DNA of 45,212 nucleotides from Christensenellaceae bacterium (lineage in GTDB: Bacteria; Bacillota; Clostridia; Christensenellales; Borkfalkiaceae). Position 1 is the stretch's first letter. Each line of letters opens with the position of its first letter. Below the pieces are notes generated by a model. It worked only from the letters and a program-made list of their open reading frames with translations. It searched no databases and was not told the origin of the DNA. The stretch is taken from contig JBGUUU010000031.1 in NCBI GenBank assembly GCA_045133775.1, forward strand, positions 1-45,212, written 5' to 3'. Shown piece after piece: positions 5,712-12,785 of the stretch. Position numbers and translations under genes: made by a program.

Positions 5712-7859
5712 ATGACTGATTTAGCTCAAAGAATTAAACAGTTAAAAGATATAAGAAGGTTAACAAGTAAACAGCTTTCTATTTTAAGTGGCGTTCCACT
5801 AGGAACGCTCAATAAGGTTTTAACAGAATCGACAAAAAGCGTTAAAACAGAAACGTTAAAAAAGCTTGCAGATGCGCTTTCTGTTTCGGTTGCATATCTT
5901 TTGGGTGAAGAAAACGAGCCTATTAAAAAGACCGTTGAAAACTATGGTTTTATAAAGGTTGCCGCAGTTACTCCAGAGCTTCATCTTGGCAACGTTGAAA
6001 AAAATGCCTGCAAGATAAAAGATTGTATTTTAGAGCTTTCTGCAAAGAGAGTATCGCTTGCTGTTTTTCCAGAGCTTAGTCTTTGCGGTTATACGGTTGG
6101 CGATTTAACTTCTTTTGATTTATTACTTAACAAATGCGAAAAATCATTATTAGATATCGCTGATTTTACAAGAAATTACGACATGTTGATTTTTGTCGGT
6201 TGCCCTATTAGACACGACGGAAGGCTTTACAACTGCGCTGTAGCAATATGTGGTGGCGAGATTTTGGGTATCGTGCCAAAAACGAGAATTCCATCTTATG
6301 ATGAGTTTGGTGAAAAGAGATTTTTCGCTCCTTCTCCAGACGATAACACTACTGTAAATATTTTAGGCAACGAATATCCTTTTGGCAATAAATTGCTTTT
6401 TGAAAATAGTATTTTACCAGATTTTAAGGTTGGCGTAGATATTTGCGAAGACTTGTGGTTTGTTCACAGTCCTTCAGAGCATCACGCTTTAAACGGTGCT
6501 ACTATTATCGTAAACTTGTCTGCAAGTAACGAGCTTATCGGTAAGGCAGAAAGAAGGGAAAAACTAGTTGCAATGCAGTCTTATAAAGAGTGTGGCGCAT
6601 ACGTTTACGCAAATGCAGGCGTTGGCGAATCTTCAACAGACTTGCTTTTCTCTGGTCATAATATAATTGCCGAAAATGGTAAAATTTTAGCCGAAACGGA
6701 GCTTTTTACAAATAATATGGCAATTGCAGACGTTGACGTATCGTTTCTTCAGTTTTTAAGAAGAAAGAAGTTTAACTATAAGTCAGAACATACTGAAGGT
6801 TACAAAACTATAAAGTTTACGTCTTTCGTATACGGTGGTTTCTTAACTCGCTTATACGATAAATCTCCGTTTATTCCGTCAAACGAAAGAGAAAGAATTA
6901 ATGCGATGGAAACGGCTCTTAATATTCAAGCTCACGCCCTTATTAGAAGGTTAAATCAAATATACAGTAAAAAGGTTGTAATTGGTCTTTCTGGTGGTCT
7001 TGATAGCACGCTTGCAATACTTGCTGCATGTAACGCATACGATAAAATGCGAAGGTCAAGAAAAGATATAATTGCAGTTACAATGCCTTGTTTTGGAACA
7101 ACGGACAGAACTAAAAGCAATGCTGTTCTTTTAGCGGAGTGTTTAGGCGTTACTTTAAAAAAAGTTAATATAAGCAAAGCAGTTCGCCAACATTTTGAAG
7201 ATATCGACCACGACGAAAACATTGCCGACGTAACCTTTGAAAATGCTCAAGCAAGAGAAAGAACACAAGTTTTAATGGATATTGCTAATGGTTACGACGC
7301 TATAGTTTTGGGAACGGGCGATATGTCGGAATTGGCTCTTGGTTGGGCAACCTATAACGGCGACCATATGTCAATGTATGGTTTAAACGCTTCAATTCCT
7401 AAAACTCTTGTTAGAGCAATGGTAAATCACGTTGCACAAAAAGAAGGTGGTGAGCTTTCTAGGGTTCTTTTAGATATATTAGATACTCCTGTTAGCCCAG
7501 AATTGTTACCAACTAAGGGCAAAGAGATGGATCAAAAAACTGAAGACATAGTAGGGCCTTACGAACTTCACGATTTCTTCTTGTATCACTTTATCGCAAA
7601 TGGTTTTTCTCCGTCAAAAATTTACAAAATCGCAGTAAAAGCCTTTGAAAATGATTATAACGAGCAAACGGTTTATAAGTGGCTTGAAAACTTCTTTAGA
7701 AGATTTTTCATACAGCAATTTAAAAGGTCTTGTATGCCAGACGGTATTAAGGTTACGCCAATTTCGTTCTCTCCAAGAGGCGATTGGCATATGCCTAGCG
7801 ATATGGACAGGGAAATGTGGCTTGAAGATTTAAAAACCGTAGCACCATATAAAAACTAA
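5712..7859 (+). CDS. nadE: Glutamine-dependent NAD+ synthetase with an N-terminal XRE-type HTH domain
   Basis: Residues 1-70 form an HTH_XRE module (LAQRIKQLKDIRRLTSKQLSILSGVPLGTLNKVL...LADALSVSVAYLLGE). A CN-hydrolase domain follows from GFIKVAAVTPELHLG, then the NAD synthase domain (GLSGGLDST). One frame with no internal stop. Confidence 0.85.
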   Translation: MTDLAQRIKQLKDIRRLTSKQLSILSGVPLGTLNKVLTESTKSVKTETLKKLADALSVSVAYLLGEENEPIKKTVENYGFIKVAAVTPELHLGNVEKNACKIKDCILELSAKRVSLAVFPELSLCGYTVGDLTSFDLLLNKCEKSLLDIADFTRNYDMLIFVGCPIRHDGRLYNCAVAICGGEILGIVPKTRIPSYDEFGEKRFFAPSPDDNTTVNILGNEYPFGNKLLFENSILPDFKVGVDICEDLWFVHSPSEHHALNGATIIVNLSASNELIGKAERREKLVAMQSYKECGAYVYANAGVGESSTDLLFSGHNIIAENGKILAETELFTNNMAIADVDVSFLQFLRRKKFNYKSEHTEGYKTIKFTSFVYGGFLTRLYDKSPFIPSNERERINAMETALNIQAHALIRRLNQIYSKKVVIGLSGGLDSTLAILAACNAYDKMRRSRKDIIAVTMPCFGTTDRTKSNAVLLAECLGVTLKKVNISKAVRQHFEDIDHDENIADVTFENAQARERTQVLMDIANGYDAIVLGTGDMSELALGWATYNGDHMSMYGLNASIPKTLVRAMVNHVAQKEGGELSRVLLDILDTPVSPELLPTKGKEMDQKTEDIVGPYELHDFFLYHFIANGFSPSKIYKIAVKAFENDYNEQTVYKWLENFFRRFFIQQFKRSCMPDGIKVTPISFSPRGDWHMPSDMDREMWLEDLKTVAPYKN

Positions 7860-7875
7860 TTGTTATAAATTAAAA

Positions 7876-7904
7876 TGCACCCATGCAGGGTGCATTTATT
7901 TTTT
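7876..7904. terminator. Bidirectional terminator after nadE
   Basis: TGCACCC-atgca-GGGTGCA flanked by AAAA upstream and TTTATTTTTT downstream. Confidence 0.7.
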
Positions 7905-7936
7905 GGCTATGTCACAAAGTATGACTGATTAAATTT

Positions 7937-8043
7937 AAAGGGTTAGATACGAGCAAGACGGGATTTTTGCGAGATTTTTGCAAGGGAATTACCTTGTTGG
8001 TCAGCAACGTGACGTTGCATCCGTGTATTTAGCCGAACTCCTT
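7937..8043 (-). repeat. Structured interspersed repeat, copy B1 (degenerate)
   Basis: 5' AAAGGGTTAGATACGAGCAAGACG and central ACCTTGTTGGTCA match the family. The distal end is diverged and carries a 5-nt insertion. Confidence 0.55.
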
Positions 8044-8057
8044 ACAAAGTGAGTTTT

Positions 8058-8178
8058 AAAGGATTAGATACGAGCTAGCCAAGGCTCGTGAGCTTGAAAA
8101 GACTTGGTAGACCTTGTTGGTCACCAAGGTTTTGAAAGCGAAACAGTTAACGCAGGCTAGCGAAGTAGATAAGAATTT
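8058..8178 (-). repeat. Structured 121-nt interspersed repeat, copy B2
   Basis: AAAGGATTAGATACGAGC-tagccaag-GCTCGT..., TTGGTAGACC-TTGTT-GGTCACCAA, ...GTAGATAAGAATTT. TA flanks. Abuts the U-tract of the riboswitch terminator. Confidence 0.7.
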
Positions 8179-8295
8179 AAAAAGGGCGCACTCGTTCCGT
8201 AAAACAGTGCGCCCAGACGGTCGGCTAATAGGATTTCTCCTTTTGGTTTTCCGTTTCACCGTGTTAATCACGCAATCCGTCAGTCGCAGAAAACC
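8179..8295 (-). promoter_or_regulatory. ZTP (pfl-motif) riboswitch with intrinsic terminator expression platform
   Basis: Minus strand: GGUUUUC-UGCGACUGACGGAUUG-CGUG-auuaa-CACG-GUGAAAC-GGAAAACC, linker, then AGCCGACCGUCUGGGCGCA. This matches the conserved GACUGGCG ... CCGCCUGGGC blocks of the pfl motif. The pseudoknot pair covaries (GACGG with CCGUC). Terminator GGGCGCACU-N13-AGUGCGCCC-UUUUU overlaps the 3' aptamer strand. Confidence 0.7.
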
Positions 8296-8309
8296 ATTAA
8301 GTTGATATA

Positions 8310-8339
8310 ATAATACCATATTTTTAAAAACGTTGTCAA
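8310..8339 (-). promoter_or_regulatory. Promoter driving the ZTP riboswitch
   Basis: Minus strand: TTGACA (8339-8334), 18-nt spacer, extended -10 TGgTATTAT (8318-8310). Confidence 0.55.
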
Positions 8340-8401
8340 GCGTGAAACGACATATTTTTTCATTTTTATTATAAAATAATAAGCCTAGTATTTTATCATT
8401 G

Positions 8402-8435
8402 TAAAAACAAGAAAACGCGACCTTTTGGGCCGCGT
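8402..8435 (-). terminator. Terminator of the pyr operon (after pyrB)
   Basis: Minus strand: ACGCGGCC-caaaa-GGTCGCGT followed by TTTCTTGTTTTT. Confidence 0.7.
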
Positions 8436-8442
8436 TTGTTTA

Positions 8443-9531
8443 TTAAATTTTATGCTCGCTTTCGCAGTAAATACATTTATAAACGCCTTCTCTATCAGTT
8501 GGCACGAATTTATGGTCAAGCTCTTGCTCAACAGACGTAATACAACTTAAATTTAAGCATCTAATTTTATTGACTAAAGCGTTACTTTCGTCGTGAGTTG
8601 GTAAAACGCCGTTTTCAGCATCTTCTAAAAGCTTTAAAATAAGGGCCATACGCATATATTTTGCATTTAAAACTTGTTTAAAATAGCAAGCTCTCTTATC
8701 GTCGTCTAACTTAACGCTAATTTCGTTTACCCTTGGAAGTGGGTGCAAAATACAGGTGTCGTCTTTTGCAAGCTTCATTTTTTCTGGAGTTAAAATATAG
8801 CTATCTTTAAGTCTTTCATACTCGTCTTGATCAAAGAATCTTTCGCCTTGAACTCTTGTCATATATAAGATATCAAGGTCTTTGAGAGAACCTTCTAAAT
8901 CTCTTGTTTCAACGTATTCCATACCGTTCTTTTCAAGCACGCCTTCTCTTACGTATTTAGGAAGTTTAAGCTCGTCTGGAGAAATTAAAACAACCTTAAT
9001 TCCCGTATATCTTGCAAGCGCGTTGATGAGTGAGTGAACGGTTCTTCCATATTTTAAATCACCGCAAAAACCTATGCATAAGTCGTTTAAACGGCCTTTT
9101 TCTCTATGAATAGTCAAAAGGTCCGCAAGTGTTTGAGTTGGGTGGCAATGGCTACCGTCGCCCGCATTTATAACAGGGATTGACGCGTTCTTTGCAGCAA
9201 CGTAAGGAGCGCCTTCTTTAGGGTGTCTTGTAGCAATAATATCTGCATAACAGCTAACAACCTTTGCAGTATCCGCCATGCTTTCGCCCTTTGATGCAGA
9301 AGTGCTACTTGCAGCAGAAAAGCCTAATACGCTACCACCGAGCTCGAGCATTGCAGCTTCAAACGAAAGTCTTGTTCTTGTAGATGGCTCAAAGAAAAGA
9401 GTTGCAAGTTTTTTACCCTTGCATTTTTCTGCATATTTGCTTGGATTTTCAATAATATCGTAAGCTGTTTTAATAAGACCGTCAACTTCTTCTACGGTTA
9501 AATCTATAATGTCGATTACACTTCTTTTCAT
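8443..9531 (-). CDS. pyrB: Aspartate carbamoyltransferase catalytic chain fused to a PyrI-type C-terminal zinc domain
   Basis: STRTR and HPLPR motifs in the first ~300 aa. The C-terminal ~50 aa, [42 protein letters not shown], has the 4-Cys pattern of the PyrI zinc domain. Confidence 0.85.
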   Translation of the reverse strand: MKRSVIDIIDLTVEEVDGLIKTAYDIIENPSKYAEKCKGKKLATLFFEPSTRTRLSFEAAMLELGGSVLGFSAASSTSASKGESMADTAKVVSCYADIIATRHPKEGAPYVAAKNASIPVINAGDGSHCHPTQTLADLLTIHREKGRLNDLCIGFCGDLKYGRTVHSLINALARYTGIKVVLISPDELKLPKYVREGVLEKNGMEYVETRDLEGSLKDLDILYMTRVQGERFFDQDEYERLKDSYILTPEKMKLAKDDTCILHPLPRVNEISVKLDDDKRACYFKQVLNAKYMRMALILKLLEDAENGVLPTHDESNALVNKIRCLNLSCITSVEQELDHKFVPTDREGVYKCIYCESEHKI

Positions 9532-10187
9532 TATGCCTTTGCTCCGTAAACTTCTAAATATTTTTTAATTCTTGCAACGTTTTCTTCGTTTGCAGAATCT
9601 TCTTCTAAATACTCGATAATATCGTAAACGTCAACAACTGAATATACTGGGAAACTAAATTCTTCGCCTACTTCTGCCATAGCGCTCTTTTCGCCTTGTC
9701 CCTTTTCTTTACGGTCTACCATAACGAAAGTAGCGCAAACCTTTACGCCTTCTAAACCTTTCATTATATCCATAGTTTCGCGAATAGCAGTTCCTGCAGT
9801 TATAACGTCTTCAACGATAACAACTTCTTCGCCAGCAGTTGGCTTATAACCTACAAAAACACCGCCTTCGCCGTGGTCTTTTGCTTCTTTTCTATTGAAG
9901 AAGAAAGGAAGGTTTAGACCATTTTTAGAAAGAGCGATAGATGCTGAAACGGCAATAGAAATACCCTTATATGCAGGGCCGTATAAAACTGCCTTTTTCT
10001 CACCCATTTTATCTAAATAACTTTTAGCGTAAAATTCGCCAAGCTTAGCAATATTTTCACCTGTTTTAATTTCGCCCGCATTGATAAAGTAAGGGATTTT
10101 TCTACCGCTTTTTGCAGTGAAATCACCAAATTTTAAAACGCCTGCATTTTGTAAAAATTGTATAAACTCTCTCTTGTAATTTTCCAT
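9531..10187 (-). CDS. pyrE: Orotate phosphoribosyltransferase
   Basis: PRPP loop [13 protein letters not shown]; operon context; the stop overlaps the pyrB start (TAATG). Confidence 0.9.
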   Translation of the reverse strand: MENYKREFIQFLQNAGVLKFGDFTAKSGRKIPYFINAGEIKTGENIAKLGEFYAKSYLDKMGEKKAVLYGPAYKGISIAVSASIALSKNGLNLPFFFNRKEAKDHGEGGVFVGYKPTAGEEVVIVEDVITAGTAIRETMDIMKGLEGVKVCATFVMVDRKEKGQGEKSAMAEVGEEFSFPVYSVVDVYDIIEYLEEDSANEENVARIKKYLEVYGAKA

Positions 10188-10230
10188 TTTTATACTCCTA
10201 ATTTGTTTTAAAAACTTAATAGAAACCTTT

Positions 10231-10275
10231 AAAAAGGTTTAGAGATGCCGTATTGCGTGGTTTATAAGCCTTTTA
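10231..10275 (-). repeat. Internally deleted (~45 nt) derivative of the structured repeat, copy E
   Basis: Minus strand: TAAAAGGCTTATAAACCACGCAATACGGCATCTCTAAACCTTTTTA. It keeps both terminal arms only and starts in the pyrF TAA stop. Confidence 0.5.
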
Positions 10276-10971
10276 TCCGATAAATTCGGCTACGCAACGC
10301 TCATAAGCCGCCACTGGATCTTCAGCTGCAGTTATTGGACGACCAACTACAATGTAGTCAGAGCCAATTCTCTTTGCTTCGGCAGGTGTCATAACTCTCT
10401 TTTGGTCACCGATTTCGCCATCTGCAAATCTAACGCCTGGCGTTACGGTTAAAAACTTTTCGCCACATCTTCCGTGAACTTTGCCAGCTTCGAGTGGAGA
10501 ACAAACAACGCCGTCAAGCCCTGCAATTTTAGCGTTTTCTGCATAGTGCATAACAACTTCGTCGATAGGCTTATCGATAAGAAGGTCTTTTTTCATACTT
10601 TCTTCATCTGTTGAAGTAAGTTGAGTTACGGCAATTAAAAGTGGACGTGAGCCATCTTCACGAGTAAGACCTTCGATAGCGGCTTGCATCATACGGACTG
10701 TTCCGCCTGCATGAAGGTTTGTCATATCTACGTCAAGGCGAGAAAGAACTGCCATTGATTTTTTAACCGTGTTTGGAATATCGTGAAGTTTAAGGTCAAG
10801 GAAAATTTTGTGTCCCCTTTCTTTAATTTCCCTTACGATAGATGGACCTTCTGCATAGAAAAGTTCCATACCGATTTTAACGAAAGGCTTTCTACCTGTA
10901 AACTTATCTAAAAAAGCTAAAGTTTTTTGCTTGCTATCAAAATCGCAAGCGATAATAACGTCTCTTCCCAT
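10273..10971 (-). CDS. pyrF: Orotidine 5'-phosphate decarboxylase
   Basis: 232 aa; [10 protein letters not shown] motif; operon context. Confidence 0.9.
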   Translation of the reverse strand: MGRDVIIACDFDSKQKTLAFLDKFTGRKPFVKIGMELFYAEGPSIVREIKERGHKIFLDLKLHDIPNTVKKSMAVLSRLDVDMTNLHAGGTVRMMQAAIEGLTREDGSRPLLIAVTQLTSTDEESMKKDLLIDKPIDEVVMHYAENAKIAGLDGVVCSPLEAGKVHGRCGEKFLTVTPGVRFADGEIGDQKRVMTPAEAKRIGSDYIVVGRPITAAEDPVAAYERCVAEFIG

Positions 10972-11882
10972 TATTTAACGCCTCCTATAACGTCGCTTAA
11001 TTTTTCAATTTTATATTTTGCCATTACGTTTGGCAAATCTTCTATAATTTGCTTGCTTGCATAAGGATTGATAAGGTTAGCCGCGCCAACTTCAACTGCC
11101 GTCGCGCCAGCAAGCATCATTTCGATTACGTCTTCTGCCGTTGAAACGCCACCCATACCGATAACAGGTATTTTTACTGCGTTTGCAACTTGATATACCA
11201 TACGAACAGCTACAGGGAAAATTGCAGGACCAGAAAAACCACCCATCTTGTTTGCGATAACAGGTTTTCTTGTTCTTAAATCAATTCTCATACCAAGCAA
11301 AGTGTTGATAAGGCTTACGCCGTCTGCACCGGCATCTTCAACTGCCTTTGCAATAGCCGTAATATCAGTTACGTTTGGCGAAAGTTTAGCGATAACCGGT
11401 TTATTGACCGACTTTTTAACTGCGCTTATAATTTCGTAAGCACCCTTTTCGCTTGAGCCAAAGTTTGTTCCGCCCGCGTGGACGTTAGGGCAACTTATGT
11501 TAATTTCAAGCCAACCAACTTGGTCTTCTTTATCTAAAAGGCTTGCCGTGTGAACGTATTCTTCAACTGAGAAACCACCCACGTTTGCCATTACTTTTTT
11601 GTTAAAGCACTTCTTTAATTTTGGAAGTTCTTCTGCGATTACTTTATCTACACCCGGGTTTTGAAGACCTACTGCATTTATCATACCTGCATAGCACTCT
11701 GCAATTCTTGGCGTTGGATTACCAAATCTTGGGTCTTTAGTAGTTCCCTTAAAAGAGAACGTTCCAAGGCAATTTATATCGTAAAATTCTGCAAACTCGT
11801 AGCCGTAGCCGAACGTTCCACTTGCAGGAATTATCGGGTTATCAATTTCAATACCACAAAGGTTTACTTTCATTTCTCCCAT
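10971..11882 (-). CDS. pyrD: Dihydroorotate dehydrogenase B, catalytic subunit
   Basis: 303 aa; [13 protein letters not shown], class 1B features; paired with pyrK. Confidence 0.9.
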   Translation of the reverse strand: MGEMKVNLCGIEIDNPIIPASGTFGYGYEFAEFYDINCLGTFSFKGTTKDPRFGNPTPRIAECYAGMINAVGLQNPGVDKVIAEELPKLKKCFNKKVMANVGGFSVEEYVHTASLLDKEDQVGWLEINISCPNVHAGGTNFGSSEKGAYEIISAVKKSVNKPVIAKLSPNVTDITAIAKAVEDAGADGVSLINTLLGMRIDLRTRKPVIANKMGGFSGPAIFPVAVRMVYQVANAVKIPVIGMGGVSTAEDVIEMMLAGATAVEVGAANLINPYASKQIIEDLPNVMAKYKIEKLSDVIGGVK

Positions 11883-12619
11883 ATAATTTCCTCCTTACAA
11901 AGAACAGGGCCGTCTTTACATATTCTCTTGTTGCCGTAAAGCGTTTTGCAAGAACAACCCATGCACGCGCCAAAGCCACAACCCATTCTCTCTTCAAAGC
12001 TGAATTGTCCACTAGTAGCGCTTGCATTATAAACTGCTTTAAGCATTGGTTCTGGCCCACAAGTAAAGAAATAACTATAGTCTACGCCTTGCATAGCGTT
12101 AGTTACAAAACCTTTTACCCCATACGAGCCGTCAACAGTTGTAACGGTAACGTTTGCGCCGAGTTTTTTAAACTCTTCTTCGTAAAAAACTTCATCTTTA
12201 GTATTAAAACCGAGTATAACCGAAACGGATTTACCCCCGTCTATAAGTCGTTTAGCGCATAAATACATAGGTGGAACACCTACGCCACCACCAATTAAAA
12301 GTGGCTTATCTCCACTTTGCGAAAGGTCGTAACCATTGCCAAGCTCGGTTAGAACGTCGAGCTTTTGTCCAACCTGCATTTGGGACATTTTTTCTGTGCC
12401 TTTACCAACGACTTTGTAAACGAGAGTGAGTTCATCTCCCACAATGTCGCATACGGAGATTGGACGGCGAAGATATAATCCATCGATTAAGATATTAACG
12501 AACTGACCGCACTTAATACCTGAAACGTCGCCTTTTAATTTCATTTCAAAAACGGTTTCGGTAAGACGGCGAGTTGAAGAAATTTCAAAAATAATTTGTT
12601 TCATTTTTATCCTTTGCAA
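11870..12619 (-). CDS. pyrK: Dihydroorotate dehydrogenase B, electron-transfer (FAD/2Fe-2S) subunit
   Basis: 249 aa; RRPISV flavin motif and C-terminal CGFGACMGC...C cluster. Confidence 0.9.
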   Translation of the reverse strand: MQRIKMKQIIFEISSTRRLTETVFEMKLKGDVSGIKCGQFVNILIDGLYLRRPISVCDIVGDELTLVYKVVGKGTEKMSQMQVGQKLDVLTELGNGYDLSQSGDKPLLIGGGVGVPPMYLCAKRLIDGGKSVSVILGFNTKDEVFYEEEFKKLGANVTVTTVDGSYGVKGFVTNAMQGVDYSYFFTCGPEPMLKAVYNASATSGQFSFEERMGCGFGACMGCSCKTLYGNKRICKDGPVLCKEEIIWEK

Positions 12620-12664
12620 CTAATCGTTGCATTCGTGTTGTTTACTCTTATCAAGTAAGTATTT

Positions 12665-12785
12665 AAAGGGTTAGATGCGAGCAAAAGAAGGCTCGCTTTG
12701 TGGCACAAGACACAATAGACCTTTGTGGTCATTGGGGTTTGGGGTACAAAGCAGAAACGCACTTTTGCGAAGTATATAAGCCTTT
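12665..12785 (-). repeat. Structured 121-nt interspersed repeat, copy C, inside the pyr operon between carB and pyrK
   Basis: AAAGGGTTAGATGC-GAGC-aaaagaag-GCTCGC-TTTGT...CAATAGACC-TTTGT-GGTCATTG...ACAAAGC...CGCA-cttt-TGCG...GTATATAAGCCTTT. TA flanks. Its terminal A completes the carB TAA stop (12786-12784). Confidence 0.75.

Noticed and set aside
7937-8178. Tandem repeat pairs (B1/B2 and D1/D2) as a CRISPR array or type III toxin-antitoxin RNA repeat
   Set aside because: The units are ~121 nt, internally structured, imperfectly conserved and directly adjacent without unique spacers. No cas or toxin gene is nearby.
8056-8319. 87-aa minus-strand ORF (and the 63-aa plus-strand ORF 8114-8305) from the ORF track
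   Set aside because: They span the ZTP riboswitch, its terminator and repeat copy B2. They have no SD and give low-complexity basic translations. The RNA and repeat features explain the region better.
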